Assembly: GCA_036676395.1 (NCBI GenBank)
Contig: JAKFCY010000002.1
Span: forward strand, 2,112,001-2,176,000
Length of the DNA stretch: 64,000 bases
Origin: Bdellovibrio sp.
GTDB taxonomy: Bacteria; Bdellovibrionota; Bdellovibrionia; Bdellovibrionales; Bdellovibrionaceae
Reading direction: 5' to 3'
Shown: positions 1 to 9,263 of the stretch, one piece after another
Position numbering within the stretch: position 1 is the first letter of the stretch
Layout of the letters: every line of letters begins with the position of its first letter
The notes under the pieces: generated by a model
What the model was told of the DNA's origin: nothing
Databases searched by the model: none
What the model saw: only the letters and a program-made list of their open reading frames with translations
Position numbers and translations under genes: made by a program

Positions 1-1149
1 ACAGCGAACGATTTTTTTGTGCAAGCAAAAAAAATGGCTCCGGCTGTAGATCTTTGGTTATTTAAATCTGTATCAGGCGCAAACGATGCTGAAACACAGC
101 TAATGAAAGAACTTAAAACCAATATTCAACGTGTTGGCGCCAAAGCTCCCATTCAACTGGGCTTAGACACATCATTAGCACAAGTGGCGCTATCATTAAA
201 TCATAGAAATCAAGATGCCTACGCAACACCTTCTAATTGGAATGAGTTATTTCCGCGCGCGGATGCGATCTTAGATCATAACCCTGCCGATTCAAAACCG
301 ATGGTATGGTGGAATCTTAAATACAAAAATCGTTGGTTATCTGATGGCAGCATTTTAAGTGGTAACCCGATTTACACAAATATCATCTGGAATGAAATTG
401 GCCGCGGGGTTGATTTAAAAATTTTAGAACAATGGCTTAAAGACAATCAAAAAGTTATCGATGAATTAACAACGGCTGTTTTTTCTTCTGAGGCTCCAAG
501 ATTTACTGATTTTTACCCTGCAGAATTAATTAATATTGATACGGCCAAACAAGGCGAAAAGATTTTTAACCAAACGTGTTCTAAATGCCATGGTAATTAT
601 GAAAAAGCCTGGAACTTGCCAAACGCTGACCAACTTACACATCTTGAAAAATTAGCAACGACAGTCGTGATTCCAAAAGCAAAAACACCGGTGATTGATG
701 TGGGAACAGATCCATACCGCCGACAAGGTATGAAATCTTTAGAACAGTTAAATAATTTATCAATTTCTAAAGCGAACAAAATCGTCATCAAAGAACAAAA
801 AGGTTATGTGCCGCCACCTCTGGTGGGCATTTGGGCGCGCTGGCCTTATTTTCATAATAACTCGGTACCATCGCTATGTGCAGTACTAACACCATCTGAA
901 TTACGCCCGAAAACTTATTACGCAGGTGATGCCATTAACACAGCCACTGATTTTGACCCCGACTGCAACGGCTATCCTACGGCAGAACACACGCCAGCCA
1001 GTTGGAAACAAGAGCTTTTCTTTTATGATACAACTCGCAAAGGCATGAGTAACAGCGGTCATGACGTGGATATTTTTATAAAAGATGGTCAAGAGATCCT
1101 GACCTCAGCTGATAAAAAAGCTTTAATTAAATTTCTACAAACATTGTAA
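1..1149 (+). CDS. RoxA/RoxB-like (MauG/CcP superfamily) c-type cytochrome, 5'-truncated by the window
   Basis: Frame is open from base 1. Heme motif CSKCH, YVPPPLVGIWARWPYFHNNSVP resembling the RoxA/MauG PYxHNGSVP motif, and C-terminal SNSGH...LIKFLQTL. Confidence 0.7.
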   Translation, partial: TANDFFVQAKKMAPAVDLWLFKSVSGANDAETQLMKELKTNIQRVGAKAPIQLGLDTSLAQVALSLNHRNQDAYATPSNWNELFPRADAILDHNPADSKPMVWWNLKYKNRWLSDGSILSGNPIYTNIIWNEIGRGVDLKILEQWLKDNQKVIDELTTAVFSSEAPRFTDFYPAELINIDTAKQGEKIFNQTCSKCHGNYEKAWNLPNADQLTHLEKLATTVVIPKAKTPVIDVGTDPYRRQGMKSLEQLNNLSISKANKIVIKEQKGYVPPPLVGIWARWPYFHNNSVPSLCAVLTPSELRPKTYYAGDAINTATDFDPDCNGYPTAEHTPASWKQELFFYDTTRKGMSNSGHDVDIFIKDGQEILTSADKKALIKFLQTL

Positions 1150-1175
1150 TTATTTAAAATGACGCTCTAAATTCA

Positions 1176-1214
1176 CTCTTGATTTCGGTTTACACTGTAA
1201 ACCGAAATCAAGAG
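1176..1214. repeat. Perfect 19-bp inverted repeat (REP-like palindrome) between convergent genes
   Basis: ctcttgatttcggtttaca-c-tgtaaaccgaaatcaagag; a related copy lies at 50156-50210. Confidence 0.85.
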
Positions 1215-1251
1215 CGCCGAAAAGTAAGCACATTTAAAAAACTTCAGTTAG

Positions 1252-4200
1252 CTAGTAATAATCGATGTTACCCGTTGGCAGTGGGCCAAAGATGTCATCA
1301 AAATTGATCTCGCCGTTAATATAAATACTTTCGTGCGTGATCGAATGTTTATTTAAAAACTTTCTTAATGGCGGTATTTTATAACTTCCCCAGCTTTTTG
1401 CTGCGAATCTGCGACCCGCGTACTGCTCGTCGGTTTGTAAGCTTGAATAACTTGGGTGCACGCCGTAAATTTCGCCCATCACAAACATCTCATCATCATT
1501 TAAAATGTAATTTACTAAATCAATACCGTTTTCGCGAATGCGGATTGAATCTAACACTTTATAGTACTGTTTAAGAAATTTCCGGTCTTTCACAGTGTAT
1601 TTTTTCATATCTTTAACCGCATCTAAGAAGCGATTTAAGTCATATTCGTACGGGCAGTTATTACTGTTTTTTGCAGAACTATAGGCGCAAGATGTATCAC
1701 CTTTATAAGTGTTAGCAAATAAGCCTTCTAGCTGTTTCGGTGTGTATGATTTTAAAGTCCTTAACAAGGCATCACCGTAGACATAAATTCGCGTGTGGCC
1801 GTAAATCTTGCGGTACTTGTCGACTTGTTCTTTCGGTGGTAAGAAATAATCCGAATAAAACGGAGTATTCTTATCTTTTGAATAGAATTTATTTAAATCA
1901 GAGATGTATTCAACTAAGTTTTTACGGTTTAATTTTCTTTCATAATTCCACACTTCAAGATAAGCCACCATTTTATCTGGCTCAGCTTCATCAAGTTCAA
2001 TTGAAATCTTTGTCGTGTCTTTATAAACCACGGTCGCCATCTTATCGATCACTAAAATACTTTTATCAGCACCAAACAAACTGGTTTGTTCGCTGCTGTA
2101 GCGCTGAAAGTTTCTGACTTCTTTACCCGAAGTTTTAACTGTGGCTTTTGAGTAACCGGTCGCTTTTTCTTTTTTAAATAAGAATAAGAAACTGAGTGCT
2201 GATTTTTTTGTTTGGCCTTTAGCTTTGATATCCAAATCTTTTTTAGCCAAAACTAACGGATCACTATCGCCTGATTCTAAATAACGGCTTAGTAATTCTT
2301 GTTCTTCTTTAGCGCGCATCTGTTCTAACACATTAAAGTTTTCAACTGATTTTGGCGCCGAAAAGCGGTATAAAGCACTTTTGTGATCATAGAAATAACT
2401 TGTTTTGCTAAATTCTAAGAATGGCAGGTTAAATAAGATTAAATCTAAACCAGCATCAACACCCACTGATTGTGAATAACCAAACATTGAATTTTCGGCT
2501 TCATAAATCACTAATTGGTTAAACTGATCACGCGAAAAATATGTTGGCTTAGAATTTTGCCAAAATACACTCGCGCCTAAAGTGAGTGGCACACCGGCCA
2601 CAGCACCTACGGGCACTTTTGCGCCAACTGAAACACCGTAGCTATCAGAGATTTTTAAAACTTCGCTGCGATCAAGGCATTCAACGATGCAGTTTTTCCA
2701 GTGCGGGATAAAGTTAAATAATTTAACTTTGCTGGTGTAGCCCTCTTTCCAGGTATTGGCAAAATGGATGAATTCAAATTCACGACGCCACACTTTGATG
2801 TTGCCGCTAACAGATAATTTATCCGGAAACAACCCTTTTAAAGTTGAAAATAACGAAGAACCGACATTGATTTCTACGGCTAAACGATCGCGAATCACAA
2901 AGGCTTGCGACTGATCACCACGCATCACGTATTGGCTGTTGCTATCTACACTGCGAGTGAGCTCTAAACCGATACCACCTGCGATATCTTTAACATTTAA
3001 AACTTTTCCAAGATCTTGCGTCGCTGACAATGAAATCTCGTTAGACACTTTTGCTTGTAATTGATTATTTAAAGCATTCAATTTTGCAAAAGACGCAGCA
3101 CCTTGAAGAAGCAACGGCAGCAGTGTACTGCGCGGAAGTTCATAACTTACATAACCCTCATAATGGCTTACGACCACATCACCGTTTTTTACATTCTTAT
3201 TAGGGCTATAGGTTTTAAAATCGACAACTGGATAAATCGAAAATTCGCTTGTTAAACCAAATGCGCGCACGATTTCGTTACGGCGATTTGAAATTTTATG
3301 AATATATAAATCTTCGATATCTGCCGGAAACTCTGCACTTTTTACGGCATGCTTAATATCATCATGGCTAAGTTTAGCAATTTGGCGGGCCATCCATTTT
3401 AAATCAGAAAAAGTTGTTGTCTCATAGCGGTTACGAGTAAAGAAAATATCAGCCCAGTGAATTTTAACCCCGTCATTATCCCAGCTTAAAAACGTGTGAT
3501 CGTATGTGTTCACGCCCCAAGATAGGGCTGATTTTAACATTTGAAATGGGCGAAATGGATTAATTTGAAATTGCAACGAATAACCCACATCTTGCATAGA
3601 CATACGTGGCACTAAGCCTTTGTCGGTTTTTTCAAACATTAACATATGATTACCTGTTTTAGAGTCGATCATATTTACTAAACCGAACCATAAAACCTGT
3701 GCGCGATGTTCACGGCGATTTTGTAAATCCCAGCCTGCCGGGTCATAACCAGCGATTCTTAAAAACTTAGGGTCATTAATAGATAATTGCACATCTTGCA
3801 AAGTCACATATTTTCCAAAGCTGTCTTCACCGTGATTTAAAAGAAATGACGATAGCTCTTTATTAAGACCCGTGTATTTGCGCTTCCATTGAGCTTTGAA
3901 AGCCTCATAATCCATATCACCTTTAAAATACACGCGTAATGTTTTACGCATCACCGATGTATCTTGGTACATACCGATCATTTTACCTAATAATGAGGTC
4001 GTGATTTCAACGTGTGTTTCATGGCCCATTTTGATTTTTACTTCAACATCTTCGCCGTCGCGCTCGAATTCGCCTTCCATTTTAGGTGAGCCTGCAGACG
4101 AAAACTTTACTTTTTTGAAATAAATGATTTCGTTATCACGAGGAAACCAGTCTTGATGAAGATTTTGCGCTTCAGCATAAGATTCACGCGTGTGTTTTCT

Positions 4201-4920
4201 CCAAAGTGTTGCCTCGGCCGGGTTGTAAATCGAAATATCTACGCCGCAGGCTTTTAACTTTTGAATTTGAGACTGTTCTAAAATATCGCCGGCTTTAATT
4301 TCTGGAACACAGGTCTTGGTGCGCGCTAAATTTTCTGACTCTACTAATAAGTTAACGGCTTCAACCTTTTGTTCGTTTTTCTTATATTTAAAACCTAAAA
4401 AACTTTTACCGATAAATAAAACATCTAAGTCTTGGTGAAGAATATTACGTGGAGCTTCTGGAAGATAAAATCCAGTATATCCGGTGATAAAATCATCCAT
4501 AAGGCCTTCGCAGCTAAATTGCGGACGCGCCAGGACTACGCACTCTTTGAGTTGCTGCATTTTGGGAATTAAATATTGATCGTAAGCCAGAATGTATTTT
4601 GACTTATTTGCATCTAATTCTTTTTTAGCAGATTTAATCGCATCTTTGTGTGATTCGATTTCTAATTCAAGTTTTTCAATGATTTTAGTTTCATACATAT
4701 CACTGGCTAAAGATTTTTTCTCGACAGCTAAACGCTCTAAAAACTGATTGATTTTAGTTAAATCAAAAGCTCCGTTGGTTTTCAAATTTTGAGCGGTAAA
4801 GCGTTCTGCAGCGTGGTTATGCTCAGGCGCTAGCTTTGAGTGGTTCTGAGCCCATAAAGACCCAGAGAATACTGTTAAAGCAATTAAAAGACCGATCGAA
4901 TCTTGAATTGATTTTTTCAT
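1252..4920 (-). CDS. Large secreted protein (~1222 aa) with a probable atypical kinase-like domain
   Basis: Long ORF; AAGGA precedes ATG at 4920; signal peptide ending SLWA. Kinase-like motifs KIK..E, DSKTGN and DVG. Confidence 0.6.
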   Translation of the reverse strand: MKKSIQDSIGLLIALTVFSGSLWAQNHSKLAPEHNHAAERFTAQNLKTNGAFDLTKINQFLERLAVEKKSLASDMYETKIIEKLELEIESHKDAIKSAKKELDANKSKYILAYDQYLIPKMQQLKECVVLARPQFSCEGLMDDFITGYTGFYLPEAPRNILHQDLDVLFIGKSFLGFKYKKNEQKVEAVNLLVESENLARTKTCVPEIKAGDILEQSQIQKLKACGVDISIYNPAEATLWRKHTRESYAEAQNLHQDWFPRDNEIIYFKKVKFSSAGSPKMEGEFERDGEDVEVKIKMGHETHVEITTSLLGKMIGMYQDTSVMRKTLRVYFKGDMDYEAFKAQWKRKYTGLNKELSSFLLNHGEDSFGKYVTLQDVQLSINDPKFLRIAGYDPAGWDLQNRREHRAQVLWFGLVNMIDSKTGNHMLMFEKTDKGLVPRMSMQDVGYSLQFQINPFRPFQMLKSALSWGVNTYDHTFLSWDNDGVKIHWADIFFTRNRYETTTFSDLKWMARQIAKLSHDDIKHAVKSAEFPADIEDLYIHKISNRRNEIVRAFGLTSEFSIYPVVDFKTYSPNKNVKNGDVVVSHYEGYVSYELPRSTLLPLLLQGAASFAKLNALNNQLQAKVSNEISLSATQDLGKVLNVKDIAGGIGLELTRSVDSNSQYVMRGDQSQAFVIRDRLAVEINVGSSLFSTLKGLFPDKLSVSGNIKVWRREFEFIHFANTWKEGYTSKVKLFNFIPHWKNCIVECLDRSEVLKISDSYGVSVGAKVPVGAVAGVPLTLGASVFWQNSKPTYFSRDQFNQLVIYEAENSMFGYSQSVGVDAGLDLILFNLPFLEFSKTSYFYDHKSALYRFSAPKSVENFNVLEQMRAKEEQELLSRYLESGDSDPLVLAKKDLDIKAKGQTKKSALSFLFLFKKEKATGYSKATVKTSGKEVRNFQRYSSEQTSLFGADKSILVIDKMATVVYKDTTKISIELDEAEPDKMVAYLEVWNYERKLNRKNLVEYISDLNKFYSKDKNTPFYSDYFLPPKEQVDKYRKIYGHTRIYVYGDALLRTLKSYTPKQLEGLFANTYKGDTSCAYSSAKNSNNCPYEYDLNRFLDAVKDMKKYTVKDRKFLKQYYKVLDSIRIRENGIDLVNYILNDDEMFVMGEIYGVHPSYSSLQTDEQYAGRRFAAKSWGSYKIPPLRKFLNKHSITHESIYINGEINFDDIFGPLPTGNIDYY

Positions 4921-5082
4921 ATCCTTTAACAGATACGAAATAAGTGCCAAAACCAGTTTGAGACGATCTCAAAACGAGACGCCGTAATCGACTGTAATTC
5001 GTTTTGGTTAAACAAAGTTCTCTTTGTTTTTAATGGTTTTTTAATAGCGACAACTTTTGTAGACAGTGACCAGAGCGTAACT

Positions 5083-5388
5083 CTAAAACGAAACGCTCGG
5101 GCACATCCCACCCGCACCATGCGACGGACGCTCGATGCGGTGATTGAAATCATTTTTGATTTTATCTAAAACTTCAAAAAAGCTAACCGCCTTTTCATCT
5201 ATGATCGCTTCAAACTGCAACCCGCGAATAAAGGTTACGGCAGTGAATTCGCCCAGATGCTTTTCGATAGAAAGACTTACTTTACATTCAGGAGTTGTAT
5301 GTTGTTTGATATAATGAACTAGTCGCTGAGCGGATTCGTCCATTTCCATACTTACTGAAAATTTACTATAAGCAATATCTTCGAACAT
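5083..5388 (-). CDS. Small protein, possibly HPF/RaiA-like fold
   Basis: 101 aa with RBS GGGAG. The apparent beta-alpha-beta-beta-beta-alpha pattern is like ribosome hibernation factors; the family call is an inference. Confidence 0.45.
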   Translation of the reverse strand: MFEDIAYSKFSVSMEMDESAQRLVHYIKQHTTPECKVSLSIEKHLGEFTAVTFIRGLQFEAIIDEKAVSFFEVLDKIKNDFNHRIERPSHGAGGMCPSVSF

Positions 5389-5426
5389 ATTAACTCCCTT
5401 TAGAACGTGAAACTCATTTCATGTCG

Positions 5427-5954
5427 CTAGTGTGATTTATAGATTAGAAACTTTTTGAATGAAAGCATGGCTTTAATAGTTTCAACAGCCACAGCTTTTT
5501 TAATTGGTTTTTTCATAAAAAACGGAACATAGTCGTTTTCATATTTTTTAATAACAGTGGCGAATTCTTTAATGCCCATTGAGCTGGTAAATAAAAATAA
5601 GGAATCGCTAAAACGGTATTTCTCCCATAAATCAATACCGGTTTTAAAGCCTGATAAATAAATATCAGCGATCACTAAATCAAAATCTTGATCTTGGGTG
5701 ATCTTTTGATTCATCAAAATCTCAGCCCCTTCTTCTGATTTTGACCACTTGATCGAAACGTTTGGAGAAACATCACGCAAGATGCTTTCCCAGATTGGTT
5801 GCATCGCGAAATCATCCTCAACGATTAACACGCTGAGTTTTTGTTTATGAGGTGATACGCTCATAAAGTTTTCATCGACCTTTTTGTTAAATGGCGCACC
5901 CGCCTCTAATAACGACTCATTCTCAATATAGTGAAGATAATCCAGTTCACCCAT
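5427..5954 (-). CDS. Single-domain response regulator (receiver domain)
   Basis: VLIVEDD, DLVIADIYL (phosphoacceptor Asp), FTS and FFMKKP motifs; AAGGAGG precedes ATG at 5954. Confidence 0.85.
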   Translation of the reverse strand: MGELDYLHYIENESLLEAGAPFNKKVDENFMSVSPHKQKLSVLIVEDDFAMQPIWESILRDVSPNVSIKWSKSEEGAEILMNQKITQDQDFDLVIADIYLSGFKTGIDLWEKYRFSDSLFLFTSSMGIKEFATVIKKYENDYVPFFMKKPIKKAVAVETIKAMLSFKKFLIYKSH

Positions 5955-6211
5955 ACAGCCCTCCTTGTATTTCTGAAACTTTCTTAAATAGATGAAAATT
6001 ATTAGGCCATACGATTTTTGTAATGATTGGGAATTGGTTTCAAGAAATCCCAACATGTCATTTTTTTTCATTTTGATAAAATTTTGATGATCAAATCTAA
6101 AGCACATGTAAGATTCTGCACTAGGTTTTCGCTATTTAAGGTCTAGTTTTAACTATAATTTGTTGAACAGATTATTTGCATGCGTGCTCTAGCGTTTGCT
6201 GATAAACTTTT

Positions 6212-8062
6212 TTGATTGTGGCAACATTAATATCAGCATTCCAATTATCAAAATCTTTCGCTTCTAAAGAACTCTTCAAATCAATTTCTTTCGCAATTGA
6301 TACCGAACAAAAAATCGGATTAGTAGGACCAAACGGCGCAGGTAAATCAACACTCTTAAAAATTCTCAGTGGAGCAATGAAGCCAGACTCTGGCCAGTTA
6401 TCGACGTCGAATAGTTTACGCTTAGGTTACTTAGAGCAAAAACCAGCATTAGAAGCTGGCAAATCAATTTATGAAACTTTAGTTGAAGTGACTGATGATC
6501 CTTATGATGGAATCAATATCAGTTTAGCTTTTGAACTAATTAAACGTCTTTCATTAGATGAAACTGCTGAAGCTGAAAATACAGATGTAGGTAAATTATC
6601 TGGTGGCTGGCAAAAGCGCGTGGCTTTAGCCCGCGAGTTAATGAAACAACCTACTCTTTTACTTTTAGATGAGCCGACGAATCACTTGGATATTCAAAGT
6701 ATTTTATGGCTTGAAGATTTTATTGCGACACAAAATCAAATCTCATTTTTTATCGTAACCCATGACCGTGCGTTTTTACAAAACACGTGTACAGCGATTT
6801 ACGATTTAGATCCGCGCAATCCAGATGGGCTTATTAAGTCTATCGGTGATTACGGCCAGTATCTAGAAACAAAACAAATGATCATGGATAGCCAACGCCG
6901 CTTAGAAGAAAAAACTCGTAATACGATGTTAATCGAAAAAGCCTGGTTAGCCCGTGGCCCCCAAGCGCGTTTGAAAAAGCAACAAGCTCGTCAAAATCGC
7001 GCGCATGAATTAATTGATTCAGTTGATAAGTTAGAAAATAAAAATACCTTACGTAAATCTGATTTCGATTTTTCTACAACCGGCAATTCACCTAAAAAAT
7101 TAGTTGAATTAACCAAGGCCAGCAAAAGTTTTGGTCCTAGAACTCTGTTCTCTGATTTATCAGGAATGGTTCGTCCGAAAGCGCGTATCGGTTTACTTGG
7201 AACCAACGGTTGCGGAAAATCTACCTTAATTAAAATGATGTTAGGTTTAGAACAACCCACAAGTGGCGAAGTTTTCGTAAATCCTGATATTCAAATTAAT
7301 TACTTCGAGCAAGGTAAAGAAACGCTTAATCAAAATGTTCCGGTTATTAAAATCGTAGCTCCTGAAGGGGATTATGTTCATCTTCAAGGAAACCCTGTGT
7401 ATGCGCGCAGTTACTTAAGCCGCTTTCATTTTAATAATTTTCAAATGGACATGCCGGTTTCTAAATTATCAGGCGGAGAACAAAGCCGTCTTTTATTAGC
7501 CAAGCTTATGTTAACTTCAGCTCATGTATTAATTCTGGATGAGCCTACGAATGACTTAGACGTTGAAACACTGGATACGCTTTCAGAATGTTTAAATGAC
7601 TTTCCGGGCGCTTTAATTCTGGTATCGCATGATCGCTTTTTCTTAGATCAAAATACAACTGAGCTTTGGGCCTTTACTGAAAATCCTAAAGGCGAAATTA
7701 TTAAATTTGCAGATTATTACCAGTGGGAATCTTGGTACCGTAATGAAGGTATCGAAGCCAAAAAAGCAGGTATCGCTGCTGCCGAAGCTGCCGCTAAGGC
7801 CGCTGCAAATGCTCCTGTTAAATCAGGCTCTTCGAATAAAAAGCTTTCAAATAAAGAAGCCACTGAATACGAAAATATCGAAAAAAACATCGCTGTAAAA
7901 GAAGCGGAATTAACAAAGGTGCAAGCTGATTTAGATAAGTCAGAAAACCAGGTTAATCACGTGAAGCTTCAAGAACTAAGTTCTATGTCAGCATCGCTAG
8001 AAGCAGAGATCGCTAAGATGTATTCACGTTGGCAAGAATTAGAAGCTAAAGTTAAAAGCTAG
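6212..8062 (+). CDS. uup: ABC-F family ATPase, Uup-like, with C-terminal coiled coil
   Basis: Two NBDs (GPNGAGKS/LSGGW/LDEPTNHLD and GTNGCGKS/LSGGE/LDEPTNDLD), no TM segments, C-terminal ...MYSRWQELE. Confidence 0.8.
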   Translation: MIVATLISAFQLSKSFASKELFKSISFAIDTEQKIGLVGPNGAGKSTLLKILSGAMKPDSGQLSTSNSLRLGYLEQKPALEAGKSIYETLVEVTDDPYDGINISLAFELIKRLSLDETAEAENTDVGKLSGGWQKRVALARELMKQPTLLLLDEPTNHLDIQSILWLEDFIATQNQISFFIVTHDRAFLQNTCTAIYDLDPRNPDGLIKSIGDYGQYLETKQMIMDSQRRLEEKTRNTMLIEKAWLARGPQARLKKQQARQNRAHELIDSVDKLENKNTLRKSDFDFSTTGNSPKKLVELTKASKSFGPRTLFSDLSGMVRPKARIGLLGTNGCGKSTLIKMMLGLEQPTSGEVFVNPDIQINYFEQGKETLNQNVPVIKIVAPEGDYVHLQGNPVYARSYLSRFHFNNFQMDMPVSKLSGGEQSRLLLAKLMLTSAHVLILDEPTNDLDVETLDTLSECLNDFPGALILVSHDRFFLDQNTTELWAFTENPKGEIIKFADYYQWESWYRNEGIEAKKAGIAAAEAAAKAAANAPVKSGSSNKKLSNKEATEYENIEKNIAVKEAELTKVQADLDKSENQVNHVKLQELSSMSASLEAEIAKMYSRWQELEAKVKS

Positions 8063-8226
8063 GCGACCCTTGGGAATTTCGATCTAATAGCTTATATAGA
8101 CGATTAACGCATATTGTGGTGTCAATATTCGTTACAGTTCAGAATGTTTTACCTGAGTGTGATTTTACCTCTGTAAGCCCCCCGAAAGTTTGTTATTTTA
8201 TGTCTTCATATGCGGGGGCATAATAT

Positions 8227-9126
8227 ATGTTTACACTAAAAAGAAGATCTAATTTAACAGTCGTTATATACCTTATGGTACATATTCTAGCGGCTACTTT
8301 AGTGTTCGGCTGTGAAAACCGTAAATCATTTTATGACAACAATAGAAGCGATATCAATTTAGTTCCGATTCAAATGGAGAATCCAGAAGATCCAATTCCT
8401 GATGAAGCGATTGATCAAGTTGATAATGATCAAATTATTGTTGATTTAGATAAACCAAAAACACCGCGCAGATCACGCGAAGGTGAAGAACCACCGCCAC
8501 CAATTGAACCTGAACTTGTTACACCAGCGCTGCCCGTGCCTGCGGCAGATGAACCAGTTGTTAATGACATTCCTGAAGTACCAGAACCGATCGTTGTGAA
8601 ACCAGCTCCGAAACCGACAACGCCGGCTAAACAAGATCCAAAATCGCCGGTCGCTCCCGGTGTTAACGAAGCTTCGCTTTTTATTAAAGCGGCTTTTTGG
8701 GTTGTGCAAAATGAAGCTCGTAAAATCGGAACTCCGTGCAACTTTTATGTTTCGCGTGTTTTAGTTTTAACTGGTTTTAGTAAAGATAGCTTTCGCGCGA
8801 ATGATTTTGATATTTATGCACGCAAAAATTTTTCAAGTTTCAAAAATGAAATTTTCAATACAAGCAATCTTGAATCTGAACGTGCTCGCTTAAAACGCCA
8901 TATTTGGTCTTATCCTCAGCGCACGCCGTTTATTATCCAATGGGAGCGCTCGGCGCCACAACCAGGCCATATCGCGATCGTAGAGCGAATTGGCGACCAA
9001 TTAGTTGTGTACCAAGCCAGCCTTAACCGTCATATCGCCCGTCGTGAACAGACAACGATAGACCGCCTGTTAAGCCACGCCCGCAAAGCGCGTATGACTG
9101 TGTACTCAGAATTCGTTGCAAGATAA
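8227..9126 (+). CDS. Lipoprotein with Pro-rich linker and papain-like (NlpC/P60/CHAP-like) Cys-His domain
   Basis: Lipobox LVFGC; Pro-rich middle; PCNFYVSRVL and PGHIAIV. Confidence 0.55.
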   Translation: MFTLKRRSNLTVVIYLMVHILAATLVFGCENRKSFYDNNRSDINLVPIQMENPEDPIPDEAIDQVDNDQIIVDLDKPKTPRRSREGEEPPPPIEPELVTPALPVPAADEPVVNDIPEVPEPIVVKPAPKPTTPAKQDPKSPVAPGVNEASLFIKAAFWVVQNEARKIGTPCNFYVSRVLVLTGFSKDSFRANDFDIYARKNFSSFKNEIFNTSNLESERARLKRHIWSYPQRTPFIIQWERSAPQPGHIAIVERIGDQLVVYQASLNRHIARREQTTIDRLLSHARKARMTVYSEFVAR

Positions 9127-9263
9127 TTTTAGATAATTAAAATTACGTTCCAAATTTGCCTCGCACAGTGAGTGTTTCGCTGTGCAAGATCACGCAATCA
9201 CTTGACCAACCTCTTGGTATTAGCTGCAATAAGCATGTGCTAAACAAACCAAGAAAGGTTTTT

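Noticed and set aside
4934..4950. Sigma54-like TTGGCACTTATTTCGTA upstream of the kinase-like gene
   Set aside because: It has GT instead of GC at -12, and the implied TSS would fall inside the RBS; too weak to call.
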